Shown in pieces: positions 1 to 14,039 of a DNA stretch of 64,000 nt. Below the pieces are notes generated by a model. That model worked only from the letters and a program-made list of their open reading frames with translations, made no database searches and was not told the DNA's origin. The position numbers and the translations under genes are program-made. The DNA is from Octopus sinensis (taxonomy: Eukaryota), in NCBI RefSeq assembly GCF_006345805.1, contig NC_042999.1, forward strand, positions 74,772,001-74,836,000, in the 5' to 3' direction. How positions within the stretch are numbered: position 1 is the stretch's first letter; the number at the start of each line of letters is the position of its first letter.

Positions 1-2310
1 GTCTGATTTGGCTCCTTTGTTCTTGTAGAGTGTAATTATGGTGGTGTCATGGAAGTCTACTGGCATTCACTCTTCCTCTCAAATGGATACAAAGATGTCA
101 TGGAATGCACTGAGAGCTGTAGTACCAAGTGCCTTGTACAGTTTTGCAGGAATTCTATCTACTCCTGGAGCTTTGCCACAACTCTTTTTTTTTATGGCAG
201 TCTTGACCTCAGCTACACTTGGCGGCAGGTCAAGATCTTTGAGTAGAGGCTTCTGAGGTATTTGCTGCTATGTTTCCTGGTTGACAGTGGACAGCCAGTT
301 TAGGTGTCGGTTCAAGTGCTCCTCTCACCTTGCCCTGATTCCTTCTTTGTTGTTGATGATTGTTGAGCCATCAGCAGATGTCAGGGAGCTGTAGATGGGT
401 TTGATAGCACTGTACAGCATCTTGGAGTTGTTGGTTTCAGTGCAGAGCTGCACTTCTTCAGCTTCCAGCTGTCACCATCAATCTTGCATATTGTGAAGCT
501 TCCTCAGGGGTCTGGTTTGCCAGTCACACCATGTGGGTCAGTTTGGATGATTCTGGCAATCATGTAAACCTTTCTCTTATCATCTGACTGTGCCTGTATT
601 GCTTTATTATCATCATTAAAACAGTCCTGAAGAAGCTTTTCCTTTGAGCCTAGAACTATTTTGGCTGTCTTTGAACTGACTTCTTTGAACTGGTTCCACT
701 TTTCCTCTGATTCACCGGTTAGTGGTCCTATTGCCTTGAACTTGATTTCAAGTTTAGGCTGGAACTCTTGCTGGTATTTGGTTGAAAGTAGTCTGTGTTG
801 AAGGCCAGTCTAATAAGCTTTGGGCGCTTGTGGTGCTGGGGAACTATGTGGATGTTGAGCATGGATCTTACGAGTCTATGATCTGTCCAGCACTCTGCTT
901 CATGCATTGCCTTGGTGATGAGGATATCACTGCTGTCATGCTGGTGGGTGATTATGTAATCAATAATTTTCCCGTTTTGAATATGCATACATCCATGATG
1001 TCTTATACTTAATCAGCCTGCCAGAAGTTGGTGTTGGTAATCAGCAGGTTGTGCTCGATGTATCTGCTCAGCAAAAGAAGTCCATTGCTATTGATCTTCT
1101 CATCTCCCTGCTTCCCTATAACTCCTCTCCAGTGCTCCTCATCTCTGCTGACTCTGGTGTTGAGTTGCCTAGTATTACAAGCTTGTCATTAGCAGGCATG
1201 TCAGATAGAGCAGCATCCAGATCAGCATAGAATTGCTCTCTGATCTCTTATGTGCACATCATTGTAGGGGCATACACACTTATGATGATAATGAATTGTT
1301 TGTTGCTGACAGGGAGGCAAAGTTTCAGAAGCCTTTCATTTGCACCTGTGGGAAGACAGGGAATCTGTTTTAGGAGACTCCAACTCCATGTATTTTGTCC
1401 TCATGTAGAGCCTTACCTTTACAGAAGAATGTGTAGCTGCTATCTGATTCTGTCAGCGACCCTTCCCTGGCCTGTTGAGTTTCACTAATTGCTGCTATGT
1501 TGATATTGTACCAATAACTAGGTTTTCCTTTCTCAATTTAGACTGACCACAAATGGATAAATCTATCAGCTGCAGTTAACTGGCCAGAACTGTTTAGGGC
1601 AAGTTTTCATTAGGCCACCTTTTCTAGGCCTTCCCTTCCTAGGATGAGCAGTGCTGTTCTGAAGAAGCTACTCACCCACCAGGGAAGCTGCCAAAGTTCT
1701 TTGCTGTCCAATATGAAGAACAGCAACCATGCAGGCTTGTGACTAAAATTTCTAGTGGTCACCTTCAACTGTCCCTTTCACCACTTTTCCATTGCCACAG
1801 GACTTAAGGTTGACAGTTGGAAGGCTGAAAAGCACAGACACCTGTGCATGAATTTGTTTTAAGTGGGAGATCCATTGCATAGAGGCCAATACCACTTGCT
1901 CAGCAGAAAGAACCTTGATTCAGGAGCAAAGAAAAGTATTAAAGCTGGTTACCCTTCCTGGTGCAGTGGATGGCCAGGGTTCTATAGTGTTTTGTCATGT
2001 TCTAGGCACTCTACAACTCCCGCTGGTATTGCCTTTCTCTCTGTTGGACCTCACTGGTGGTTTCCTCTACCCAGTATGCCAGAACCAGTCTTCACATGCA
2101 TGGGTAGACAACCCATATCTCGCTGAGGGTTTGAGACCCACAGGCTACACTCAGCTGGTTTAGCTCACCAGTCAAAGTGTGTCCAATGTACATGCAGACA
2201 GCTACATGGAGCCGCAGGTGAGAGCTGAGTACCTGGTGGGTACCAAGGTGAATGAGTCACTCCTAAGAAGCATGAGTAGCCTCTCCAACTAGAGGTACTA
2301 TCCTTCCCTC
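1..2310 (-). mobile_element. Decayed RTE-clade LINE (5' region, APE endonuclease, linker; runs off the window start)
   Basis: ORF 728..988 reads IDYIITHQHDSSDILITKAMHEAECWTDHRLVRSML, the RTE/BovB-type end of the APE domain. Flanking frames are broken by stops and frameshifts. Confidence 0.8.
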
Positions 2311-2341
2311 AATGCCCCAAGGGTATATAAAAGGAATTATA

Positions 2342-2743
2342 TACTCTTTACTCTTTTACTTGTTTCAGTCACTTGACTGCGGCCATGCTGGAGCACTGCC
2401 TTTAGTCGAGCAACGACTTATTCTTTGTAAGCCTAGTACTTATTCTATTGGTCTCTTTTGCCAAACAACTAAGTTACGGGGACGTAAACACATCACTATC
2501 AGTTGTCAAGCAATGTTGGGGGACAAACACAAACACATAAATACACACACACACACACACACACATACATATATACATATATACGACGGGCTTCTTTCAG
2601 TTTCTGTCTACCAAATCCACTTACAAGGCTTTGGTCAGTCCGAGGCTATAGTAGAAGACACTTGCCCAAGGTGCCACGAAGTGGGAATGAACCCGGAACC
2701 ATGTGGTTGGTAAGTAAGCTACTTACCACACAGCCACTCCTGC
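2342..2743 (-). mobile_element. tRNA-derived SINE (octopus-type, internal CA/TA microsatellite)
   Basis: Head gcaggagtggctgtgtggtaag...ggttccgggttcattccc with A- and B-box-like motifs, and an (aaagagt)n-like tail. Near-identical copies at 19131 and 54436. Confidence 0.9.
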
Positions 2744-4172
2744 AACTAGTATATGTATAAATATAAATATAAAACTATAAAAGGAATATAATAGAATATA
2801 AAAATATTAAAATAAGAATATAAAAATATAAACATAAAAGGAAGTTTAAAAGTATACAATATATATACCTACACACACCCACATGTACATAAATAAACAA
2901 CACACTTCTATATATTGTTGAATGGCAATGGACTACTCATAGGTTCTTCCACCTTTTGGTGAGTCTTACTTTTTGTCCTACAGGGTGTCCAACAATCACC
3001 CTCTTCACCAAGCAAACTCAGTGGTTGCCAGTTTAGTTGCCGATGAACCGACCATGTGATCGGTTGTATTGGGTTATATATCACCAACAGTGCTCAAGTG
3101 CAACCTGATATAAGTATGTAATATATATATACATGAAAACAAGCATAAGGAAATAACTGAAATAAAAAAAAGATACATTGTAACCTGAAAACATGGCATT
3201 GTAAAGTGCATCTTTCTCTCCTCATAGCTTGTGGGTGACTGAAGCTAGAGATGTAGGCACTTCTCTGTGTAGCTGAAGCAGTTTATATATTGCCAGATGT
3301 TTATTTTCCAAAATAAACTCCTATAAGTTATGCTGTTATAGTGTCTATAGATATGGTGATTAATCATAATAATAAAAGATAAAGGTCATGTTCAGGCATA
3401 ATGGTAAAATGCAGTGATCAATTTTCTGTAGAAACTGTAAATGATAGAATAACTTTGAAAATTTTGAAATCAGCAGGTAAAAATCAATTACACCCATTAC
3501 ATGAGAAACAACTTTTCGATTGTAGACCTGTGAAATTAATAAATAGAAAATTGAGGATAATTTCTGGAATTTTCAAACTGCCAATCTAATGATTTTAGTA
3601 TTTCATCATCGTTACTGTCAGCTGAGAACCATGCCCTGCCCTTTTGAAACACATCATTATCATTTCCCACTTAATATCTTTAATTCTCAACTGTTACTAA
3701 GTCATTTTCTGAATATGTTTGCTCAAATTCTTACTGATCTTATGATCACTTGTAAACAATCAATGCTTTAGTCTTTTGTTAAAGGTAGTGTTCAGGTGTG
3801 ATCAATTTCATAGTTGAAAAATAGGTAAAATGCTTAAAAACTCATAAAACAACATTATCAGCAAACAAACATTTGTAAACAATCTAATTATGCACCGACA
3901 ACATAACTTTATTTTCAATTTGACAAGATTTTCAACACAATTCCTACTAATTTGGTTGAATGTCAAGTTAGAAATTCCTGGTAAAAAAGGAATACAGAAG
4001 GTTGATCAAAGTTTTACCAAATATAGACTGACTAATGTAATCTTATAAAATTATCCAGAGCAGCAATGGACCTGTGCACACTACACAAACATGAAAGTCT
4101 AATAAACAAAACATTTCTATTTAGTTTGATATAACCAGAATTTCTAAAACTAGAGTAAATTTAAAAACTTAC

Positions 4173-4490
4173 CTAATTGTGGACAATTATTTTCTCTGAT
4201 GTAGACATAATCAAGTAAAACTCCACACACTCCATAGCTTACACTTTGTGCCTGGAAAACGAGTTTTGTAATCTCTTGCTGAATATACACTTGAGCTATT
4301 CCCCATGGAGTTGTATCATCACTCACCATACTTAAAATAGTGTTGTTGTTAAAGGCATTATAGATGGTCAGCTTGCAATTTTTGTTGATTATCTTATATC
4401 TAATTTGTACACAGCTGTTGGTGATATTTTCAGTTGGAGATGCCAAATTGCTTTCACTATAGTAGAAGAGTGTAGTTTTCATATAAAAGC
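4173..4490 (-). CDS. MAM-array gene exon: C-terminal part of divergent MAM domain 4
   Basis: ttttctctag acceptor, gtaagt donor; 318 nt, phase 1-1. GFYMKTT...LASPT...SCVQIRY...PWGIAQVYI...LVFQAQ...VLLDYVYIRENNCPQL (inside ORF 4150..4521). Confidence 0.85.
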
Positions 4491-5780
4491 CTAGAGAAAA
4501 AAAATTTGAAATTTTATTCATTATGTAACATAGACAAACTAAATGTGATTTAAGTCATCTTAAAATAGTAAAAAATACTTTCTCTGAAAATTGGTAATAA
4601 TTTGGATTGTGAGAGTAAATTCTACAACTGACAGGAGATCACTTGAAGAATCTGAATTCTTTGTACCTATTTATAGTTAAGAATACTCAGGCATTTTGGA
4701 GTTAAGTACATTGGTCATGAATACTATGTTGTATCAATGATAGGATACAAAGGACTGTACTCTCAACTGAATGACTGATAATTAATCAAAATAGTCTACC
4801 ATAGTCTCCTTTAACTATTCTTTGTATGGAACCTATTTGCAGCTGGGAGAGCTAAGTATCTTAATTATGGATATAGCACAGCGGTGGTGATAGAAACCAG
4901 CTGAAAATACTTTCACTTGTATGATGATGCCTTATTGATTAGGTCTGCTGCAAAAATCCAAATAACTGCTGATCCAAGTCATTTGTTGATTTTCTTTTTT
5001 TTTAGCAATAAAAAATAAAAGGAACAATATAAAAGGAACACAAACAAATAAATGTTTGTTGTGTGAAAAGTCTTTTCTTTTAGTGTTTCTCAGCATTTTT
5101 GTACACAGCATGTATTTACGTGTGTATGATGTTGTTGTTTCCTTGGTTGGCATTAGGAATGGAATCCAGCCATAGACACCAAGTAAAATCACATTGGAAC
5201 TTGGTGTAGTTCTCCAGCTTGCCAGTTCTGGTCAAACTGCCCAATCCAAGTCATTTTAAAATGTCTGTTTTATGATGACAATGACGAGGATGATGCATGC
5301 ATGTATGTGCATATGTTCATGTGTATAGCAAATATATGCAATCAATGAAACTGATATCCTTCACAAAATTAAAACTGTTTGTCAAATATGTAGATCTTTA
5401 AGAGTCAAAGATGCAATTTCCTTTTAATGATAAACTGATAAGTGATATAAAATGATATAGAAGTTATATAAGAGCATAAACATCAAAATACCTCAAAGCG
5501 ATAAATGGTGCAAACCAAACAAAAAAAAACAAAACAAAATATTTATCAAGGCTTCAATGAGAATTTACCTATGTCCATGCAAAAATATTAATAATGTAGG
5601 AAGGTTTGAACAAGTAATTGAATCTTAGCTTTAGACTCAGTTTTCCACAAGTTTACTTCTTTATATTTCAAGCCCAAAAATCAAAAATAACTAACTGAAC
5701 ACATAAGTCTGCTGATAAATATACATTCATCAGAAATAAAAGAAGGCTCATGCAATATAAAATAAAGAATAATTACTTAC

Positions 5781-5891
5781 CATCTGTTAGGTCAGTATCA
5801 TTTCTTGAATTTATTCTTTCCCATTTTGAGTAGTAATTTAAGTTGCCATACTGGCATGTGCCTTCTGTGAAACCACAGGAAATATTTCTGT
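5781..5891 (-). CDS. MAM-array gene exon: N-terminal part of MAM domain 4
   Basis: ctctttttcattaaag acceptor, gtaagt donor; 111 nt, phase 1-1. (D)RNISCGFTEGTCQYGNLNYYSKWERINSRNDTDLTD. Confidence 0.85.
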
Positions 5892-8219
5892 CTTTAATGA
5901 AAAAGAGGAAAAAAACCCAACAACATTATTTACTTCATGTCATAAAATATTCTCAAAACTGAAAAAGATAGCTTGTTATTGTACACAACAAATAAACAGA
6001 AGCATTGAAAACAGAATGTTTGAAATCAGAGAAAAATGAGGTGAGCATGATTCTTTTGATGTGTAATATTAACTTAAGAGAGGAGAATCAGTAAGTTGCC
6101 AATGACCTTAATCAGTCTGATGTTTCCTGTCTGTGAGCCCTATTTTAGTCAATCATGCGGATCAAAAATTTGTAATTTGGGTAGTCAACCATTTTAAACT
6201 GAGGACTACCTACTGGATCTCTATTCACTATACTAATGAATACTCTATCTAGGTATGATCTCGCTGACACACTGTGGTTGTTTCATGATGTCATATTTGG
6301 GAAATCCAGCTAGTAGATATTGGAAAGGTCTGATCAGGTTTTGATACTTAAGTAGCTCTTCTTAAAGATTAACCCTATACAGTCTTAGTAAGCATCTAAA
6401 ATATGAAATTATAACAAACAGAAGGCTGTTTACAACTTGCTACAATTCATTGATAATTTTATTGATAGTCAAGCCCAAGAAATCAAAAGGAAATATTGTT
6501 TTAGAATCATATCTGTTGCCTTTATTTTGTATTTCCTTATACAGTATTTATAAATTGTTTATGCAAATCACTACCTTGTTAATAAGTGTTTCTCTTTCTT
6601 TAATTAATCATTAAAATGTTGCTGATTTGTTGTTTCATTTATAAGAACTACAAGAAATTATTGATGCAATTTTGGCTTTTTGTCATGTATCTTCGATCAT
6701 AAATGTTATATGTTGTAAATAGCTGTACTTTTGTGTTTCATTTGTATATAAAAAACTATAGTTAATCAACTACAACTACCAACAACATCAGTAGTTACTA
6801 GCTCAATAGTAAACAGTTGTAGTTGTTAACTTTAGATCCCTTATGTCTTATAATTCTTTTCTTTTATTAACAATAGTAACACATCTATTAGGCAACTTGT
6901 CAAGTGCACAAGTGGTTAGCTGAATTGTTAGAATGTTGGACATAATGGCTTGTAGTATTTGTTCTAACTTTTTATATTCTGAGTTCAACTTCTACTGAAA
7001 TCATGTTTGCCTTTTATCCCTCTTGGGTCAATAAAATAAAGTACAAGTAAAGTAGTGGGGTTGATGTTATCAGCTAAACCCACCCTTCAGAATTGTTGGG
7101 CAAAGAAATGCAGGAGTAAGAATAAGAGACATTTGACATGGTGTAGACCTGTGATTAGTAGTAACTTTTGTATTGCTGTATGAGGCTAAATGAAAGGTAA
7201 CCTGTGGTTGGCAGGGACATCAAAATGGACCTGCAAATCCTAAAGACCCCTGAAAACCACAAAGCCATACTAGAACTGTATCTAGTAAGTAAAGAGGTGC
7301 TGAGACAAAGAACTTGTGACTGATGGTACCGAATAGAAAGCTTAATTGTTACATTTGTCAGAGTAAAATATACCTTAAATCTAAGTGCACAGAAGAACTG
7401 GGAAAAATAATAAAAATTGTCCACAACATCAGAAAGAGCAGCAAGCCCTAGTGTCCTGAATACCACCAGCCAAAGTTCTGGAGATAGCAAAAGAAATCTC
7501 TTTAAGCCCTGTATCATATACAGGTGATAAAATGCTTTGTCTCCTAACAATGCCAACTAACAATGCCATCATGCTATGAAGAAGACATAATTACAGATGA
7601 AATTATGAAGGAAAAAAGGAAAAGTATCACAAAAAACAAACATAAGACAATGGAAACATGAGTTGGACGAATTTCTTAAAAACAGTAACAAAATCTCTCA
7701 TCAGGAGAAAAATGAAGAAAATGCAGAGGTTGAAAATGAACTAAGCATCACTATTCTTTAAAAAAATCAAACTAACAGTTGATAGACAGAATTACACACA
7801 TCTAGTGGCAAGGACTCTCTAAAGAAGTCATAATAATACAAACACAGTTAGGCACAGAATACAAACAACACACAAAAGATATTTTGTCAAACTTTAAAAA
7901 AAAAGAACACTTTCAAGATGTTTGTGTATCTCAGTACCAAATATCTCAAAAAAGGGTTTACTGGCGCATCTGGTCATACTAGACTGCAGTTTGAGAAATG
8001 GTTATGTGAATAGGCATATAGAGTTTTCAACTCAACCTAGTCAGGAAATCTTTCATGTCATGTTTCTTTAAACTATATCTTGTTTTAATTACTGTATGTT
8101 TTATTGTACATTTTAAATTTATTTCAGAGCAAATACATTGATGAGTATTCATATATATATGTATATGTATGAAAATGTGAGTGCATTAGATGAAATGTAG
8201 TTTGGGTTTTATGCTGAGG

Positions 8220-8790
8220 AGGAGCACTACTGATGCTATCTTTATAGTCAGACAACTGTAGGAGAAATATTTGACTAAGAATAAACCATTGTACTTGGTT
8301 CTTGTCGACTTGGAAAAAGCCTTCAACGGAGTAACCCACTGTGTGATATGGTGAGCTCTGAGGAAGCCAGGGGTAGATGAGTGGGTTTTGAAAGCTGTAC
8401 ATGCCATGTACTGAGGTTCTGTCAGGAAGATGAGAGTTAACCATGAGTACAGTGACAAATTTAGTGTATAGGTAGGTATTCATCAGGTATCAATTCTCAA
8501 TGCCCTTCTATTCATTGTCTTACAGGCCATAACAGAGGAATTCAAGATTGGTTGTCCTTGGCAACTGCTATATGCTGATGGTCTTGCTCTTGCAGTAAAT
8601 TCTGAGACAGAACTAGAAAAGAAAATTCTGGTGTAGAAGCAAAGCTTGGAATTGAAGGGCCTTAACGTTAACTTAGTAAAGACCAAGATTCTAGTGAGCA
8701 AGAAAACAGTCTGGACCCTACCCTCTTTAGGTCCTACTCAATGTGTAGGAAAGATGTAAGCGGGAATTTCATATGTAGTATGTCATTGTT
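8220..8790 (+). mobile_element. RTE LINE reverse transcriptase fragment
   Basis: Translates STTDAIFIVRQL*EKYL...LVDLEKAFN...LLYADG; homologous to the other RTE copies in the window. Confidence 0.8.
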
Positions 8791-9610
8791 CAACACAGCT
8801 TCAGGTCTATCAAGCTTTCATTCTTGGCTCAAGCAATAACAGAGGGAAGAGAGATAAAGATCTTAGAATATAGACTAAAAAGACAAGAACCTTATGGAGA
8901 GTGTGAGCTGTATTGTTTAGTAGTATTTTTTGATTTTGAATTTGCTAGGATTTCCTGGGATATTTTCAGGAAAGCCATTGACTGTTTTTTGCCTTTTATA
9001 ATGATCCCCAGTGCTCCGATCACAGTTAGCTTTGCTTCTGTCTTTAGGTGCTTGTTTCAGTTTCTAGGCTTTTATATTTGGTAATTTTATCATATTCCTT
9101 GACAAGTACATTTTGTTAGATGGTATAGTCATGTCTGTAAATAGGCTAGTGTTGTTTTTGGTGTGTTTAACAATAATAACTCAGCAGTTGGCATTAATTC
9201 TGTGATCAGTATATAGTGTAAAGTCATAAAGGACAGTGGTGTCATTACTTCTAACTACTGATTTAGGTTGGTGTTCAAACCAGCTTTCCACATGTTTAGC
9301 ACTGAGGCTTTTGTACAAAGTCCTGTGAATGTATTGGCCAACTCTGTCGTACCTGGCTTTATATTCTGTTAGAATCAGTGTTGGCCAACCTGGTGGTATA
9401 TGGTCCAATTATTTCATTATGGGCATCACAGACTCTGCACATGGAGTGTGCTCCATTTTTTAAGATGTCATCTTAATAATTTTTTGTATATAGACTGTAG
9501 TCCTAGGCAGCAAGAATGGATCCCCTGTTTCTACCTTCAGCCCTGAACTTTACAGCCACTGCTGGGTTTATGATTGATCTATATCAGCTTCCCTGGTGTT
9601 GTGTAGGTGT

Positions 9611-9767
9611 CAGGAGTAGACTGAGCTATTGGTCACTCAGGCACTGTTCAAGGGCCTGGAGCTCTGAGGGTCCCCCACTCTACATATTAACTATACTGAA
9701 ACACACATTCAAAGGGGCCCGGTAAACAATTATGCCCAAGGGCCCTTAATATTCTCAGTCCGCCCAG
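9611..9767. mobile_element. hAT-type MITE (157 bp)
   Basis: Imperfect TIRs caggagtagactgag / ctcagtccgcccag; 8-bp TSD gtaggtgt (9603-9610) and ctaggtgt (9768-9775). Confidence 0.7.
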
Positions 9768-11529
9768 CTAGGTGTTGACGATTTCTACTGCAATCTGTCT
9801 TTCGAGGTTTTAGGTCCTTCCGCTTTTGCTTTCCTCTTGTGTACTTTGGCTGTCTGTGTTGATTTATGTCAGCTTTGTTAGCATTTTATATTTCTGCAAA
9901 GTGTTAATCTGCTCTATATTTCTCAGCTTCTTTGTTTACAGAATGGAGTTTGTTATGGGATTCATGTTCTGTCTCGAACATCCAGTTATGGTTCTTGTTT
10001 AAGTACTTCTGCAGATCAATTGTAGCTATTTTATGTGAGAGAGCTCTATTTGGATTACACCTCTTCCACTTTCTTCCCTTGGCAGATAGAAGTGTTCTAT
10101 ATCTGCCTTTGGATGCTGCATTTAATTGATAGTTGGTAGTGTTCTGGTTTAGTCCATTCTTTGTAGGTCAGCAAGGTTCCTGTTGATGACAGTGAAACCA
10201 TATTATATAACAGGCACTGCTGAATTGTAAATAGATTCTATGTAGTTTTGGGAGTTCAATTCAGTTTCCAGGATCAACTTTATTCTTCTGTAGTACTCCT
10301 TTTGAGTTTTCTCCTTCATTTGTGTATGCTGAATACCATCATCCTCATTTATGCCATGATATTTATAAATTCTTTCTGGCTCTCATTCTTTCTTGGTTGC
10401 TTCTATGTCTGGTTGAATAAATAATGTCAGTTTTCCACCTTAGAAGTTGTTTTTGTGCATTTGTCATTATCAAAGTGCATATCATTACTGAACTGCTTTA
10501 TCATTGCTAAAAGTTTTAATTCTTAGTTATTCTTAACATACCACTTTAAATTGTTTATAAAATAGAGATGGTTGATCAGACTAGTTTTGTTATTGCTAAG
10601 TTTATATCCATACAGAGTGTTGTTTAGTTCATTTGAAAAAAGAAAAGAGTGCAACACAGAACAAAAGTGGTGAGAGTAAGTCAACTTGGATAATTCTACA
10701 GTTTTATTTTATTTTGCCAGACTTTATTGTTGTGGTTAAGACAAAGGCTATATTATATCAGAGAAAATCTGAGATAGCTGAAAGGATTTTGTTTTTGTTA
10801 AGAGCTTTCAATATTCACTTATGTCAAAAGATTTCATGTAGCTTATCCATGCAGTATTCAAATTATTATTTTTTTTCTTGTGACAGTTTTGAAGAATCAC
10901 CCTATTAATGTGAAACTGATATTTAGACCCATAGGAATTTAGTTTGCCACATTTTTGTTATGGTATGACTGTGTTTTCTTCAAGGAAGGTGTACATTCTT
11001 TCTGTTAGTAGAGTCCTAAATCTGGTAAGTTTTGATGAGACTTATAATGGGTATACAGTTTCATAGGTTTTTAGCTTGCTTTGTTTTGGAAAGAAGATAC
11101 ATGGTGCCTTTTGTCAACCACTTTGGAGATTTATCAAGATTCTGAATAATGATATTGAGTAATACCTTATGGATACCTGTAAGTGCATGCAACAAGTAAG
11201 TTGGTATTTGGTCTATTCCTGGTATATTCCATTTGTATGCTTTACTGAAGACCTGTCTCAGTTGTGGCACTCTTAATTGTTTCCACCTCTGTTGTCCAAC
11301 TTCCTACATTATTTCATAGTCTCTAGTGATACAGGATGCTTCCCCACTGTATTCCTTTTAATTTGCTTCAAATGTTCTTCCAGAATTTCTCATCTTTCTC
11401 TGCTTGGTTGTTACTTTACTTCTACTTGCTGTTTCTCTGATTCTCTGTAGAACTTCTAGGTATCCAACTGGAAAATTTTGTTTTTCTATAAAACTTATTT
11501 CTCCCAACAAACACACAAGCCCAATGTGC

Positions 11530-12055
11530 TTTCACTTGAATAAACCCAGGAAGACATGGGACGAAGAAGTGAAGCATGATCTTTGAAATTTGGGCCATAC
11601 AGAAGCAATGACTAGTGATTGAGACCTTTAGCAATATGCTGTGGTTGAGAAGACCCATCAAGCCAAGCGAAATTGTAGTCCTGGCTGATGCTGGTGTCAT
11701 ATAACTGGCACTCATGCCAGTAACACGTAAAAAGCATCTTTTGAATGTTGGGCCTTATGGAGCCAATGACCAAGAACTTTGGCATTATGTTGTGCTTGAG
11801 AAGAAGACCCATCAAGCCAAGAAGAATTGCAGTCATGGCAGATACCGTTGTCACACAAATGGCACCTGTGTCAGTGACAAGTAAAAGCAGCACCCATTAC
11901 ACTCTTGGAGTGGTTGCAATTAGGAAGGGCATCCAGCCATAGAAACCATGCCAAACTTGACTGGGGGCTGGTGCAGCCATCCAGCTTGCCAGCCTTGGTG
12001 AAACCATCCAACCCATGCCAGCATGGACAATGGACACTAAATGATGATGATGATG
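11530..12055 (+). mobile_element. RTE LINE 3' end (5'-truncated)
   Basis: PRKTWDEEVKHDL motif followed by the shared 3' UTR and an (ATG)n tail. Confidence 0.8.
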
Positions 12056-13539
12056 TTTTATGGTCTCTTGGTGTTATGAAGAATGTCTTAGCTAGTAATA
12101 CATTTCCTTTTCACTTTCCTCAGATTCTTGTAGAATACGGAATGGAACTTGCTGCAGATTGACAATACATCCTTCAATTCCAATATCCTTCAACTACTTA
12201 GGTAGCAGTTTAGGTGATGTGCTAGGGGCACCAATTACCACAGGAACAATTATAACTTTTGCATTCTACAATCTCCTAATTTCTCTGGCTAAGGTCTTGA
12301 TAGTTCACAATTTTCTTAGTTTCTTTGATGTCCACTCTCCTCTCATATAATACTGTGTAGTCTATGAGCATACACATTATTTTTTTGCCTTCATCTATCA
12401 TATCTGGTCTCCTTGCTTCAAATAGTATGGTCAGTCTTTATGGAAAAAGCTCATAAAATCCTGTAATTATCATTCACCATCACAATCTGTGACTCATGCC
12501 ACTGTTCTGTTATTTTGAATGCACACACATGGTTTACATCCCAATATACTCTTTTACTGACACAATCATACTTGTGGATATATTCTTATTGCACTGCCTT
12601 ACTACATTCACTTAAGAGATGCTTAATGCTTTTACCTTCTATTCCACAGTTGTCTTTGCTCTCTGATTGAGTTTTATCAAACTTTGTTTGCACCAAGTGT
12701 GTTCTAATAATTTGTTTCTGAATTGCTACAATTAACAATTCTATTTTTCATTTTAGGTTTTTACCTATCATTCACAACCAGCATTTTTCACTTCCAACAT
12801 CCTCGGATTGGAGCATGAAATGGCCATGTAAATGCTTCTTTCTAATTAAGTGTCCTGCCATCCTTCTTTTTGCTCTTGAATTCTCTCACTGCTTCAGTGA
12901 CTTTTTGGACGTCTGCAGAGAGTATTCTTTTTTCATTATGCACAAACACAATTTTTCAAAGCTTATATTAAAGCACTGATGGTGACAGTAATTAATTTAT
13001 CATCAGCAGCTAGAACTTGACTGTCAATTCCCAGTGGTTTTAATTCTTAGTGGACGTAGTATACTAACTACTGCCTTAGAGCTTTTGATGGAGATAAGGA
13101 GATAGAAAAAATCGTAGCTATATTACCATCTCATGAGCCCCGTCATTATTCTTTTCTGCCACTAAGTTCATTCTGCTACAATAATAGCAGCATGACATTC
13201 TTTCATTCTTCAGTTCTGATGAAATATTTGTTAAAAATTATAATGCAGTATCCTGTATGTTGAAAACCTATATTATTCATCCGAAGATGGTGATATATTT
13301 TCAAATTGATATAATGCTTGCGTTGTTCGATTAAATGGAGCTGCCTGAAATGGCTGTAATGAACTAATACCTTAATCTCCTTGTTACTTATTTACTTTCT
13401 ACACACACACACACATAAAACTATGTATCTATATTTATATGTATCTCTCTCTCTCTTTCTCTCTTTATATATATATATATATATAATAAACCTTTACATA
13501 AATAAATAACATGAAATACACGAAGGGACGAACAAAACG

Positions 13540-13557
13540 ACAAACGATATATATACA

Positions 13558-13592
<35 letters not shown>

Positions 13593-13944
13593 TTGTATGT
13601 ATGTATGTATGTATGTATGTATGTATTATATTATCATGTACTTTCAGTAAGAGAAAGAGAGCAAGAGAGTTAGCAAAAAAAATCTCACCTTGACATTCTT
13701 TTCCCAAGAAACCAACATTCGTGAGACCAATATATTGACCCATTCCATACCCATGTGTTGCAATAAATTCAATGTCTGTATCTTCATTTGTTACCCGAAC
13801 ACATCCAGATAGCCATGCAGATGATGGAGCAACACTAACTTCTTCAAACACAAGTTCCTTTCCTTTTGCAGTTTCAATCTCAATCTGAAAAATATATATG
13901 TACATATTATATGATAGTTTGCATACATACACGTGTGCATGCAC

Positions 13945-14026
<82 letters not shown>
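13540..14026. repeat. (TA)n/(TATG)n and (CA)n microsatellites flanking exon 13689-13884
   Basis: Directly visible at 13540-13625 and 13935-14026. Confidence 0.95.
13689..13884 (-). CDS. MAM-array gene exon: C-terminal part of MAM domain 3
   Basis: atatatttttcag acceptor, gtgaga donor; 196 nt, phase 0-1, exactly complementing the previous exon. IEIETAKGKELVFEEVSVAPSSAWLSGCVRVTNEDTDIEFIATHGYGMGQYIGLTNVGFLGKECQ. Confidence 0.88.
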
Positions 14027-14029
<3 letters not shown>

Positions 14030-14039
14030 GATTGTAACC

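Larger units (their letters stand above)
8830..12950 (-). mobile_element. Decayed R4/Dong-type (RLE-endonuclease) LINE, interrupted by later insertions
   Basis: ORF 9181..9408 RYDRVGQYIH...WFEHQPK...VLYDF..YTDHRINAN (zinc knuckle to RLE region) and ORF 11061..11270 WNIPGIDQIP...WLTKG (RT N-terminal region). Boundaries approximate. Confidence 0.7.

Noticed and set aside
2930-3110. Possible hammerheads around the hairpins agggtg/caccct and accga/tcggt
   Set aside because: Stem II-like hairpins are present but the GAAA core is missing; too degenerate to call.
4055-4108. Possible terminal exon DFHVCVVCTGPLLLWIIL* downstream of exon 4173-4490
   Set aside because: It would need a very short (~64 nt) intron and has no homology support. 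The gene more likely continues beyond the window.
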